DNA from: Eledone cirrhosa
Lineage: Eukaryota
DNA length: 64,000 nt
NCBI GenBank assembly: GCA_964016885.1
Contig: OZ024742.1
Span: forward strand, 1,550,001-1,614,000
Direction: 5' to 3'
In this document: positions 24,103 through 35,772 of the stretch, one piece after another
How the letters are laid out: each line of letters starts with the position of its first letter
Position numbering within the stretch: the stretch's first letter is position 1
Position numbers and translations under genes: made by a program
Notes under the pieces: model-generated
Database searches by the model: none
What the model was told of the DNA's origin: nothing
The model's input: the letters and a program-made list of their open reading frames with translations, nothing else

Positions 24103-24212
24103 TCCTACCACTGTCTTTCTCACTCCTCTCTCTTGCTCTCTTTATGGTGGACTGGAAAAATCACCCGTGTTCAGACCTAGAGAGCAATGGGCTGCACCAG
24201 GTTTAAGATACT

Positions 24213-27143
24213 TAAAACTTGCTGTATGTTGATATATATATATACACACAGTAAAACTTGCTGTGTGTTGATATATATATATACACACAGTAAAACTTGC
24301 TGTGTGTTGATATATATATATACACACAGTAAAACTTGCTGTGTGTTGATATATATATATACACACAGTAAAACTTGCTGTGTGTTGATATATATATATA
24401 CACACAGTAAAACTTGCTGTATGTTGATATATATATATACACACAGTAAAACTTGCTGTATGTTGATATATATATATACACACAGTAAAACTTGCTGTGT
24501 GTTGATATATATATATACACACAGTAAAACTTGCTGTGTGTTGATCATCATCATCATCATCATCAACGTTTAACGTCCGTGTTCCACGCTTGCATGGGTT
24601 TGGACGGGGGTAGTCCCACTTGAGGCAAGAGTGATTGTCTTGCTCGCATAGGACTGTCTGGCAGGTTTTCTACAGTTGGATGCCCTTCCTAACACCAACC
24701 ACATTTACAGTGTGGGTCTGGGAGGTTTTTACCGTGTTGCCTACACGGCCACATTACAGCGTGGACTGTGTGTTTTTTTGTCGTGACACCTACACGATCT
24801 CATTTGTTTCGGCCTCGATGGCGCGGCACCAACATAACTTTACATAGAACGGGGTGGTGTGGATCGGGTGGGGGTGGGGGTGGTGGGACGGGGTGTATTT
24901 TGTTAGAGATGCCTACTGGCTGGAGTAGGTTTTACTATATATTTAGGTAAGGCGGGTCTTCTCTGTTACTGAGTACCGCCAAAGGTCTCGGTCCAGTGAC
25001 ATTGTCTTGGAGAGGTGTAAGTGTGTGATGTCGGAGTTTATCAGCTCGTCCCAGGTTTTTCTAGGTCTGCCTATTCCGTGACTACCGTCTATCTTTATTG
25101 CCCTGCACTTTGTTATACAGCTATCGACTTTCATGCGCATCACGTGTCCATACCAACGTAGCCTTCTCTCGAGTAAACAACATCTGATCCCTCTTATCTC
25201 TAATTTATTCCTTAGTTCGTTTATGCTTTGCCGTTCACGTATATTACTGTTACACATCCAGCGGAGCATGCAAGCTTCGTTCCTCTCTAGTCTGCGTATA
25301 TCCTCTGCACACAATGCCCAGGTCTCACTGCCATGCAGCATTGCTGTTCGTATGCAGGCATCGTACAACCTGCCTTTCATTTTTAGTGAGAACCCTTTAG
25401 CAGCTAATAGTGGTATAAGCTCTCTGAACTTTTTCTAACCAGTTCTGACTCTAGCTACAGTACTTTCAGAGCACCCTCCCCCACTGCTGATTTTATCGCC
25501 CAGGTAACGGAAGCTGTCCACTATTTCTATAGAACCCTCTGCGCTATTGAAAGAGCTAGTAGTTTGTGGGCACTTGCTGCTACTTATTGCACCAGAGCAC
25601 CGGCCACATGTAAAATCTATGTTCTTAGTTAGCTTACCTGTGATCCCACTACATCTTTTATGCACCCATACTTTGCATTTAGGACATAAAATGGAGTTTC
25701 TACCTACGCCTTTCCTACACACCGAGCACGACCATTTCCCAGAAGGGACCGCCGCCTTGTTTTCTTTCCTACAAACTAGTACTTTGGTCTTAGCCAGGTT
25801 AATTTTAAGTCCTTTTGACTCTAGGCCGTGCTTCCATGTTTGGAATTTCTTCTCTAGCTCGGCCATTGATTCCGCTATGAGTGTCAGGTCGTCTGCGTAT
25901 AGGAGTTCCCATGGGCAGCCTGTCTTGAACTCCTCTGTTATAGCCTGAAGGGCAATAATAAATAGTAGTGGACTGAGAACAGAGCCCTGATGGACGCCGA
26001 CTTTTACGCTAACCTCTTCACTATATTCGTTGTTAATTCTAACCTTGCTGACTGTTTCTTTATACATGGCTTGTATAGCCCTCACAAGCCATTCGTCAAC
26101 GCCTAGTTTTCTAAGAGCCCACCAGATAATGGAGCGGGGGACTCTGTCGAAGGCTTTCTCCAAGTCGACAAAAGCTAAGTAGAGGGGTTTACCTTTAGCT
26201 AGGTACTTCTCCTGTAGTTGTCGTACTATGAAAAGAGCGTCTGTGGTACTTTTGCCTGACACAAACCCGAACTGCATTTCATCTAGGTCAATTCTCTCTC
26301 TGATTAGTTGCGCTATTACTCTTTCCGTGACCTTCATGACCTGGTCGATTAATTTAATGCCTCTATAGTTACTCCTATCTAGGGCGTCTCCTTTACCCTT
26401 ATAACAGTTAACGATGATGCTGCTATGCCAGTCCTTCGGAACAACCCCGTTCTGTACGACTTGGTTAACTATGCGGGTGACCATGGTGTGTCCCACCGTG
26501 CCAGATGCCTTCAGCATCTCAGCAACTATTTCCGAAGGCCCAGCCGCCTTACCAGTCTTCATATCCTTGATTGCCTTACTTATTTTACTCCCCTCGACTA
26601 ACACTGCTGGTCCCTCTATTGGGTCGATATGGGGGAGACTGCCTTTCTCCCAATTATTCTCCTCATTTAGAAGCCTTTCATAGTGACACTTCCAAGCTAC
26701 CTTCTTATCAGCGTCGGTGATGGCAAGTGTGCCATCGTCGTTTAGTACACACTTCTCCCCGACAATATCACGGTTTTCCTTGACGCATTGCCTAGCAATC
26801 CTGAACACCTCACGTTTTTGGTCATCGCGTTGTAGAACATGCTTGAACTTTCTTTCCTCAGCTTCCCTTCTTGCTAAGTACACTTGTCTCCTAGCTTCCC
26901 TCCTGGCCACTTGATAGTCCTCTCTACTTCCCCCATCCCGCCATACTTTCCAAGCCTGATATACACACAGTAAAACTTGCTGTATGTTGATATATATATA
27001 TACACACAGTAAAACTTGCTGTATGTTGATATATATATATACACACAGTAAAACTTGCTGTGTGTTGATATATATATATACACACAGTAAAACTTGCTGT
27101 GTGTTGATATATATATATACACACAGTAAAACTTGCTGTATGT

Positions 27144-27179
<36 letters not shown>

Positions 27180-27427
27180 CCTAAAACTTACTGTATGTTG
27201 ATATATATATACACTCTAAAACATGCTGTATGTTGATATATATATACCCTAAAACATGGTGTATAATGTTGATATATATATATATACACCCTAAAACATG
27301 CTGTATGTTGATATATATATATATATATATATACACACCCTAAAACTTGGTGTATGTTGATATATATATACACCCTAAAACATGCTGTATAATGTTAACA
27401 TATATTTACAACTTAAAACATGCTGTA
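24213..27427. repeat. 39-bp minisatellite split by an RTE insertion
   Basis: AAAACTTGCTGT(A/G)TGTTGATATATATATATACACACAGT at 24213-24545 and 26959-27145, degenerating to 27427. Confidence 0.93.
24546..26958 (-). mobile_element. RTE-clade LINE subfamily A, 5'-truncated, premature stop
   Basis: RT with YADD and PHD. TGG>TAG at 25435-25437 splits the ORF. 3' UTR and (GAT)n tail. Confidence 0.95.
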
Positions 27428-27659
27428 TCATCATCATCATCCAGGTTTTGATTAGGGGCAGGTCTGCCTGACAGCATTCCTTAACATCCCGTTTCTGTCC
27501 ATCAGTTTCACCTGGGCCAGGCCAAGCCTAGCTTCATCCTTATGGACATCCTCCATCCAAGTCCTTTTTGGTTTCCCTTGTGTATTAACATATTGTCAAT
27601 ATTTGTCTTAGTATTGTCTCCACAGCTTATCTATCAACATGTTTCTCTATTTTACCAAT

Positions 27660-28085
27660 TTTCTCTCACAGCTCTCTTCTTCCCCCCCCCCCCCCCCTAT
27701 CTCTCCTTCCCGATCTCTCTTCCCCTCTCTCCTCCCCCCTCTCTCTCTTCCCCTCTCTCTCTCTTCCCACCCCTCTCTCTTTCTCTTCCTCCCTCTCCTC
27801 TCTCTCCTTCCCACTCTCCTTCCCACCCTCCCTATCTCCCCACCCTCTATCCTTCTCACTCTCCCCCTCTCTCTCTCCTTCCCTCTCTCCCTCCTTCCTA
27901 CTATATCCTCCCTCTCTCTCTCTCCACCCTCTCTCCTCACCATATCCTCCCTCTCTCTCCTTCCCACTCCCTCTCTCGCTTCAACCTCTCTCCTCACCAT
28001 ATCCTCCCTCTCTCTCCCACTCACTCTCCCCTCTCCTTCCCCCTCCCTCTCTCTCCACCCTCTCTCCTTCCCTCTACTATCTCTC
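27660..28085. repeat. CT-rich low-complexity tract
   Basis: Direct. Confidence 0.85.
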
Positions 28086-28301
28086 AGTACAATGCCACAT
28101 AACATCTTTGTTATCACAATCTCAAACTGGCTACAACTGGTATTGCTGTTGTATCATATGTGGACTGCTGGTCCACCTGACCACTTGGTACAGAACCCCT
28201 CACCGCTCTGTAGGGGTCACTGTCTCCACTTTAGTACCAACATAGTTGATTGGTCACCTGTCCAGCACTTGAAGGGAAAGTGAACATTAACTGATGATAA
28301 T

Positions 28302-28646
28302 TGTTTCTACTTTTGACACAAGGCCAGCAATTACCCAGTACATTACTGGTACTTTATTTTATCGACCCTGTAAGGATGAAAGGCAAAGTTAACCTCGGCA
28401 GGATTTCAACTCAGTCTGTAAAAGGACGTAACTCTATGCGTCAAAGCATGGTGTCCAACCCTCTACCGATACTGCCAATCCACCACAAGCAGTGGATTGG
28501 CAGTATCGGTAGAGGGTCGGACACCATGCTTTGACGCATAGAGTTACGTCCTTTGACAGACTGAGTTGAAATCCTGCCGAGGTTAACTTTGCCTTTCATC
28601 CTTACAGGGTCGATAAAATAAAGTACCAGTAATGTACTGGGTAATT
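28302..28646. mobile_element. head-to-head palindromic SINE family 2 insertion with 16-bp TSD
   Basis: Arms 28329-28483 and 28492-28646 (155 bp, 2 mismatches). ATTAACTGATGATAAT at 28286-28301 and 28644-28659. Confidence 0.9.
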
Positions 28647-28872
28647 AACTGATGATAATGATGGTAGAGACTTGCTGGTCAAGCTTTAACTAATTCACTG
28701 GTCAAATAGATTTCCTGTCAGACCATTAAAGTGGCTTAAAATTGACCATCTGACTCCACTTAAGTGTGGAGTACCAAGTTGTATAATGGTCTTACAGGTG
28801 ACATTTCATACACATATATATATATATACATACACACACACATATATATATATATAATATATATACATATAT

Positions 28873-28909
<37 letters not shown>

Positions 28910-28920
28910 CACATACACAC

Positions 28921-31900
28921 ATCATCATCATCATCAACGTTTAACGTCCGTGTTCCACGCTTGCATGGGTTTGGACGGGGGTAGTCCCACTTGAGGCAAG
29001 AGTGATTTTCTTGCTCGCATAGGACTGTCTGGCAGGTTTTCTACAGTTGGATGCCCTTCCTAACACCAACCACATTTACAGTGTGTGTCTGGGAGGTTTT
29101 TACCGTGTTGCCTACACGGCCACATTACAGCGTGGACTGTGTGTTTTTTTGTCGTGACACCTACACGATCTCATTTGTTTCGGCCTGGATGGCGCGGCAC
29201 CAACATAACTTTACATAGAACGGGGTGGTGTGGATGGGGTGGGGGTGGTGGTGGTGGGACGGGGGTGTATTTTGTTAGAGATGCCTACTGGCAAGGCGGG
29301 TCTTCTCTATTACTGAGTACCGCCAAAGGTCTCGGTCCAGTGACATTGTCTTGGTGAGGTGTAAGTGTGTGAGGTCGGAGTTTATCAGCTCGTCCCAGGT
29401 TTTTCTGGGTCTGCCTATTCCGTGGCTACCGTCTATCTTTATTGCCCTGCACTTTGTTATACAGCTATCATCCTTCATGCGCATCACGTGACCATACCAA
29501 CGTAGCCTTCTCTCGAGTAAACAACATCTGATCCTTCTTATTTCTAATTTTTTCCTTAGTTCGTTTATGCTTTGTCGTTCACGTATATTACTATTACACA
29601 TCCAGCGGAGCATGCAAGCTTCGTTTCTCTCTAGTCTGCGTATATCCTCTGCACACAATGCCCAGGTCTCACTGCCATGCAACATTGCTGTTCGTATGCA
29701 GGCATCGTACAGCCTGCCTTTCATTTTTAGGGAGAACCCTTTAGCGGCTAATAGTGGTATAAGCTCTCTGAACTTTTTCCACCCAGTTCTGACTCTAGCT
29801 ACTGTACTTTCAGAGCACCCTCCCCCACTGCTGATTTTGTCACCCAGGTAACGGAAGCTGTCCACTATTTCTATAGAACCCTCTGCGCAGTTGAAAGAGC
29901 TAGTATTTTGTGGGCACTTGCTGCTACTTATATCCCCAGAACACCGGCCACATGTAAAATCTATGTTCTTAGTTAGCTTACCTGTGATCCCACTACATCT
30001 TTTATGCACCCAAACTTGGCATTTGGGACACAAAATGGAATTTCTACCTACGCCTTTCCTACACACTGCGCATGGCCACTTCCCGGAGGGGACCGCCGCC
30101 TTATTTTCTTTCTTACAAACTAGAACTTTAGTCTTAGCTAGGTTAATTTTAAGGCCTTTTGATTCTAGGCCGTGCTTCCATGTTTGGAATTTCTTCTCTA
30201 GCTCGGGCATTGATTCCGCTATGAGCGTTAGATCATCTGCGTATAGGAGTTCCCATGGGCAGCCGGTCTTGAACTCCACTGTTATAGCCTGGAGGGCAAT
30301 AATAAATAGTAGGGGGCTAAGAACAGAGCCCTGATGAACACCAAATTTTACACTAAACTCTTCACTATATTCGTTGTTAATTCTAACCTTGCTAACTGTT
30401 TCTTTATACATGGCTTGTATAGCTCTCACAAGCCATTCATCAACACCTAGTTTTCTAAGAGCCCACCAGATAATGGAACGGGGGACTCTGTCGAAGGCCT
30501 TCTCCAAGTCGACGAAAGCTAAGTATAGAGGTTTACTTTTAGCTAGGTACTTCTCCTGTAGTTGTCGTACAATGAAAAGAGCGTCTGTGGTACTTTTTCC
30601 TGACACAAACCCGAACTGCATTTCATCTAGATCAATTCGCTCTCTGATTAGTTGCGCTATAACTTTTTCCGTGACCTTCATGACCTGGTCGATTAATTTA
30701 ATGCCTCTATAGTTACTCCTATCTAGGGCATCTCCTTTACCCTTATAACAGTTAACGATAATGCTGCTGCGCCAGTCCTTCGGAACAACCCCATTCTGTA
30801 TGACTTGGTTGACTATCCGGGTGACCATGGTGTGTCCCACCATACCAGATGCCTTCAGCATCTCGGCAACTATTTCCGAAGGCCCAGCCGCCTTGCCTGT
30901 CTTCATATCTTTGATTGCCTTACTTATTATACTACCCTCGACTAACACTGCTGGTCCCTCTATTGGGTCGATGTGGGGGAGACTGTCTTTCTCCCATTTA
31001 TTCTCCTCATTTAGTAGCCTTTCATAGTGACACTTCCAAGCTACCTTCTTATCGGCGTCGGTGATGGCAAGTATGCCGTCATCGTTAAGTACACACTTCT
31101 CCCCGACAATATCACTGTTTTCCTTGACACATTGCCTAGCAATCCTGAACACCTCACGTTTTTGGTCATCGCGTTGTAGAACATGCTTGAACTTTCTTTC
31201 CTCTGCTTCCCTTCTTGCGAAGTACACTTGTCTCCTAGCTTCCCTCCTGGCCACTTGATAGTCTTCTCTGCTTCCCCCATCCCGCCATACTTTCCAAGCC
31301 TGCTTTTTGGCCTTAATTGACCCCTCCACCTTACTGTTCCACCACCATGTTACTCTCCTCCTACCTACAGGCCTGCTCCAGCCACAGACTTCGTCTGCCG
31401 CCGTCAGCAGGTTTGCTTTCAGGAATTCCCACTGTTCCTCTACCTTGTACGTCTCTAATTGCTCTTCCTCACTGTCGAAAGCATCAAGTAATATGCTTTG
31501 GAATTTATTTTTGGCTTTGGGGTCCTTTAGCTTCCATATTTTTCTCCTGAGGATAGTCCTCTTCTGTTGTCTAGTACGTCTCGTCCTGACTATTAGGTCG
31601 CTAATTATCAGTCTATGTTGGGAAGTGCATTCTTCATGGGGGAGGGATTTAGTGTTTACGACAGTCACTTTGTCACGTCTTCTGGTAAGGATATAATCTA
31701 CCTGGCTAGTATGTTCCCCTGATCTGTAGGTGATCAAGTGATTGTCTCGTTTTTTGAAGTTAGTGTTGCAGATAGTTAGGTTATTTGCGTCGCAGAATTC
31801 CAGGATTCTGGAGCCTTCCTCATTTCTAGTACCAAACCCATAGCCTCCATGGATTTTGTCGTAGCCGTCACAATGTTGTCCAACGTGACCGTTTAGGTCG

Positions 31901-32850
31901 CCTGCAATAATTATATAGTCACTGTCGGTTATTTGGGAGGTAGTGAGCATCAGTGTCTCATAGAATCTGTCTTTTATAGTGCCGGGCAGTCCGGATTGGG
32001 GTGCGTACACGGATATTACTGTCACCGTAGTTCTATTGAGGACAAGTCTTATTTTAATTATTCTGTCGTTCACTCTATTTACGTCTATTATCTTATCTGC
32101 CCACTTTTCTGCTACCATGATTCCTACTCCACCCAGCCCATTGTCGTTTCCCACCCAGAAAAGCTTATAGCATCGTTTTCTACCCACAATGTATCTAGCA
32201 GATCCACCCCTCCACCTGGTCTCTTGGATACAACAAACATCGACCTCCTTACGTTCAAGCATTTCTACAACCTCGTTAGACCGACCCTTTAAGGTGCCTA
32301 CATTCATGGTTCCAAATCTGAAGTTTTGGATTGCGTTTGGGGGGTTGGAAAGGTGGGGAGATGGGGTTATGTTAGCCATCCGCGGCCGAAACAAAGAGGC
32401 ATGCTCGCATTTTCGTCCTCGAGGTGTGTTTGACTTTAACTTTGGCATTGTCGCTGAGCGTCCAGATTTTTCTCTCTTCAACTCTCCGGAACTCCGTAGT
32501 CCTTCCATCCTACATATCGGAGGCGACCAGGTAAGCGATAGTATAGGCCTCTGGCTTATGATTGGTCCATGTAATAATAATGGTGGTGTGTGGGGGCGGG
32601 AGGGAGGGGTTGTTGAGTTGTGAGCGAGAAGATAGGTTTTAAGTGAGAACCCCGTATTAACGAACAAAAATACAAGATTTGTTTAGTAAATATACGACAA
32701 AAACTCCATATTTTTACAATCAAGACAGAAATACAAGAGATTTGTTTTGGAAAATACATGGGGAATGGAAAGAGGATAGAAAAAATGCTGTTGGAAGGGC
32801 TGACTACGGAGTTAGGCGTATGTTAGAAGAGGTGGAAAAATGAGTACATT
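28921..32850 (-). mobile_element. full-length, intact RTE-clade LINE (subfamily A)
   Basis: 5' end AATGTACTCATTTTT, a single uninterrupted ORF, 3' UTR and (GAT)n tail. Confidence 0.96.
29275..32667 (-). CDS. RTE ORF: APE endonuclease - reverse transcriptase with internal PHD finger
   Basis: 1130-aa open frame; the likely start is MEGLRSSG near 32508. APE motifs, QFGF, GVHQGSVLSP, YADD, C4HC3 finger, FRYLG, RRLRWYGHV. Confidence 0.95.
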   Translation of the reverse strand: MFVNTGFSLKTYLLAHNSTTPPSRPHTPPLLLHGPIISQRPILSLTWSPPICRMEGLRSSGELKREKSGRSATMPKLKSNTPRGRKCEHASLFRPRMANITPSPHLSNPPNAIQNFRFGTMNVGTLKGRSNEVVEMLERKEVDVCCIQETRWRGGSARYIVGRKRCYKLFWVGNDNGLGGVGIMVAEKWADKIIDVNRVNDRIIKIRLVLNRTTVTVISVYAPQSGLPGTIKDRFYETLMLTTSQITDSDYIIIAGDLNGHVGQHCDGYDKIHGGYGFGTRNEEGSRILEFCDANNLTICNTNFKKRDNHLITYRSGEHTSQVDYILTRRRDKVTVVNTKSLPHEECTSQHRLIISDLIVRTRRTRQQKRTILRRKIWKLKDPKAKNKFQSILLDAFDSEEEQLETYKVEEQWEFLKANLLTAADEVCGWSRPVGRRRVTWWWNSKVEGSIKAKKQAWKVWRDGGSREDYQVARREARRQVYFARREAEERKFKHVLQRDDQKREVFRIARQCVKENSDIVGEKCVLNDDGILAITDADKKVAWKCHYERLLNEENKWEKDSLPHIDPIEGPAVLVEGSIISKAIKDMKTGKAAGPSEIVAEMLKASGMVGHTMVTRIVNQVIQNGVVPKDWRSSIIVNCYKGKGDALDRSNYRGIKLIDQVMKVTEKVIAQLIRERIDLDEMQFGFVSGKSTTDALFIVRQLQEKYLAKSKPLYLAFVDLEKAFDRVPRSIIWWALRKLGVDEWLVRAIQAMYKETVSKVRINNEYSEEFSVKFGVHQGSVLSPLLFIIALQAITVEFKTGCPWELLYADDLTLIAESMPELEKKFQTWKHGLESKGLKINLAKTKVLVCKKENKAAVPSGKWPCAVCRKGVGRNSILCPKCQVWVHKRCSGITGKLTKNIDFTCGRCSGDISSSKCPQNTSSFNCAEGSIEIVDSFRYLGDKISSGGGCSESTVARVRTGWKKFRELIPLLAAKGFSLKMKGRLYDACIRTAMLHGSETWALCAEDIRRLERNEACMLRWMCNSNIRERQSINELRKKLEIRRIRCCLLERRLRWYGHVMRMKDDSCITKCRAIKIDGSHGIGRPRKTWDELINSDLTHLHLTKTMSLDRDLWRYSVIEKTRLASRHL

Positions 32851-33255
32851 ACATTTTAACCATGAATGGATGAAGTTACAGCCACAAGTTTGGCGAAAGT
32901 GAATTACTTTGTCTTATATATGTATCTGGGTTGGGTGGAGAGAGAGAGGGGTGGGTGGTGGTGGTGGTGATTTGACCGCATGTTGTAGAGTGTGGTGGAT
33001 GGGAAGGAGATATTAAGGAGCGGCAATAAGAGTTTGAAATAGTAACATATATTGAAATATTGTTAAGAGTTTGAAGTAACAAATATATTTAAAATATTTG
33101 TATATGAGAAGATAGGTTTTAAGTGAGAACCCTGTATTAACGAACAAAAATACAAGATTTGTTTATTAATTATACGTATATATATATATTCCAGACCCAT
33201 GCTAGCATGGAAAATGGACGTTAAACGATGATGATATATATATATATAGATACAT

Positions 33256-33290
<35 letters not shown>

Positions 33291-33296
33291 ATATAT

Positions 33297-33329
<33 letters not shown>

Positions 33330-33383
33330 ATATATATATATATGCACACATATATATACATATATATATACACACACACACAC

Positions 33384-33416
<33 letters not shown>

Positions 33417-33440
33417 ATAATATATATATATACATACACA

Positions 33441-33472
<32 letters not shown>

Positions 33473-33549
33473 TACACACACATATATATATACATACACA
33501 CATATATATATATATATATAATTCAGAAAAATACATGAATTGATGTATT

Positions 33550-33606
33550 TTATCTGACGAGGACGTACTGAAGAACAGCACAGTACCTTTGAAATATATA
33601 TAATAA
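33550..33606 (+). ncRNA. minimal type I hammerhead ribozyme (paralogue of 20586-20650)
   Basis: UUAU-CUGACGA-GGACGUACUG...CAGUACCUUU-GAAA-UAUAUA-UA-AUAA. Confidence 0.7.
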
Positions 33607-34518
33607 CACATATATTTTGATTATGTGAATGTTTTCATTTGTTATTATTCTGAATAATAATAACTCCAGAAAACTAGCTGTCGAGTGCTTTTAATCTATT
33701 GTAAAACTATATTCATTGAGTAATCAATGAACCATATTAATTTTTGGTACATATATATATATATATATATATGGCGACAAGGAAGGTCGCTTGACCACGT
33801 CTTGACCAAACAAAATATATTTTCACCAAAAACTGCCCTTTAAACACATGTCAGATGGATTACAATATTCATTATTACAATTACTTTGACTGTTCCCTGA
33901 CAACTAGTACCAGTTTCAACATAGAATTATTTTAACGAAGTATATTTAATTTGACTTGATTTTCGCCAACAAACCACGTGTGGACATGGACGGGGAAAAA
34001 GGGAAAAAAAAAAAATCACTACATCCCTGAGGGATCGCAGTAAGTACTCCACAAAACATATAAACAACAATATACACACAGATTTATATACAGATATATA
34101 CCACATGCATATACACACAAGTGAAAAGAAACCACACTATTTCGTGTGAGACACTATACCGGCCAATGTTACGTACATTTGTAAAATATCTCTGAACATT
34201 GACTTCGCTTCTAACCCACATACACCTTTTAATTATATATATATATATATACTAGCAGCTGAAAGTTAATAATTTGAAAAATATTATTGAAAGTTTATTA
34301 TAAAGAAGCAGTATCAGGAAAAAAACGTTATTTCGCTGTTAATAAACTGTTGCCTTCTACAGTACGTTTCATTTAACTTACGCAGCATATTTATTTGTTT
34401 ACATGCACAGACTCTTCTGTACACACACAACATTTAGGAAAACGGAAACAAAATACACAAAAAAACAAAACAAAAAAGACATTTTATTTCTATCGTAATC
34501 AAGTGCGCTAAACCTATA

Positions 34519-35772
34519 TTGTTTACATTCTGTGTTTTTCTACGGATGTGCAGAAATAACAAAATTGCCATGGTGATATCCATCGATGAAGTATGCGACA
34601 AAACTGGTCGATGTTCCAAAATAGAACATTGCCCAGAAGATCACATCTGCCATATCTGTATGGAACCCGAAAACTCGTTCCGTAATCGTTGGGTCGAATG
34701 TGGAACCTGTCACATCTCTGTCTGCCTTCAATGTGCCACAGGCTTCCGGAAGATCCCAGGCCAAAACAAGAAACATCATATTGCTACGATGGATAGACTC
34801 TGGGAGATGGTCCAGCTAACAAACTGGTCCTTTCAGTGCCTGGACTGTATGCCTGCTTCTCCCATTGCTGCGGAACAACAACAACAACAAAAACCGAAGA
34901 TCGTGTCTTCTACCATTGTTCCCGAACAACAACAACAAAAACCGAGGATCGTGTCTTCCTCTACCATTGTTCCTGAACAACAGCAAAAACCAACGACTGT
35001 AGCTTCTGCTACTACCCCCTTTGAAGGATTTCATCAACAACAGCAACCCATGTCTTCCTCACCCGTTACTTTTCAACAACAACAACCGACGACTGTGTCT
35101 TCTACCATGCCTGTTGAAGGAGAAGAACAACAACAAAAACCGACCGTCAATACGGAGTTTGAGGAAATACGGCAAATGATTTCCGCTTTAAGCCAAGAAA
35201 TAGCGGAAATAAAATCAAGCGTTCGTGTAGAACCCCACAATGAGGGATCTTACCGGAGTGCCTTGTTAAAAAATCTCTGCGTACCTCATGTTGAACCTAG
35301 ACACATTGAGATTGCCACTGAATCTGCAAACCATGAAGTGATTGCCATTGGTGTACCAGAAGACATAGTTGATCTTCAGGCATTTGCTGCCAGTTCATCC
35401 AAAGACCTGGGCTGTGCTCCCGCAAAGGGTGCTTTACACCTTGGCCGACCAGGCCCGAAACCCAGGCTAATTAGACTGTCGTTTTCAAACTCAACTGAGG
35501 CACGTTCATACCTTGTAGCCTCTGATAAAGGTAGGCATGAAAGTCGGATTGCTTTCCGAACACGCCCTGGTCTTCCACCTGATGTCCGCCCAAAGTTGCG
35601 TGCTGCAGCTTCCCTAAACCGCAGCTCGGCAGAATATGAAAGCTTCAGCCTACGAGATGATGGGCAGATATGGAAGTTTGTTAAGGCTGGCGAAACATCG
35701 AAAAGAGACACCAGCTGGTCTGAAAACACTGTACCCACAACAACTGACAATAAAGAAACTGAAAAACTCTGA
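34519..35772 (+). CDS. CR1-group ORF1 with PHD-like Cys finger, Gln-rich repeats and coiled coil
   Basis: CHIC...CGTC...C..C...CLDC; repeats EQQQQKPxIVSST; FEEIRQMISALSQEIAEIK; LGRPGPKPRLIRLSF. Confidence 0.8.
   Translation: MFTFCVFLRMCRNNKIAMVISIDEVCDKTGRCSKIEHCPEDHICHICMEPENSFRNRWVECGTCHISVCLQCATGFRKIPGQNKKHHIATMDRLWEMVQLTNWSFQCLDCMPASPIAAEQQQQQKPKIVSSTIVPEQQQQKPRIVSSSTIVPEQQQKPTTVASATTPFEGFHQQQQPMSSSPVTFQQQQPTTVSSTMPVEGEEQQQKPTVNTEFEEIRQMISALSQEIAEIKSSVRVEPHNEGSYRSALLKNLCVPHVEPRHIEIATESANHEVIAIGVPEDIVDLQAFAASSSKDLGCAPAKGALHLGRPGPKPRLIRLSFSNSTEARSYLVASDKGRHESRIAFRTRPGLPPDVRPKLRAAASLNRSSAEYESFSLRDDGQIWKFVKAGETSKRDTSWSENTVPTTTDNKETEKL

Noticed and set aside
27542-28283. Pro/Ser/Leu-rich and Arg/Glu-rich ORFs
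   Set aside because: CT low-complexity tract.
34250-34262. ACTAGCAG as a Helitron terminus
   Set aside because: No subterminal hairpin or other supporting sequence.
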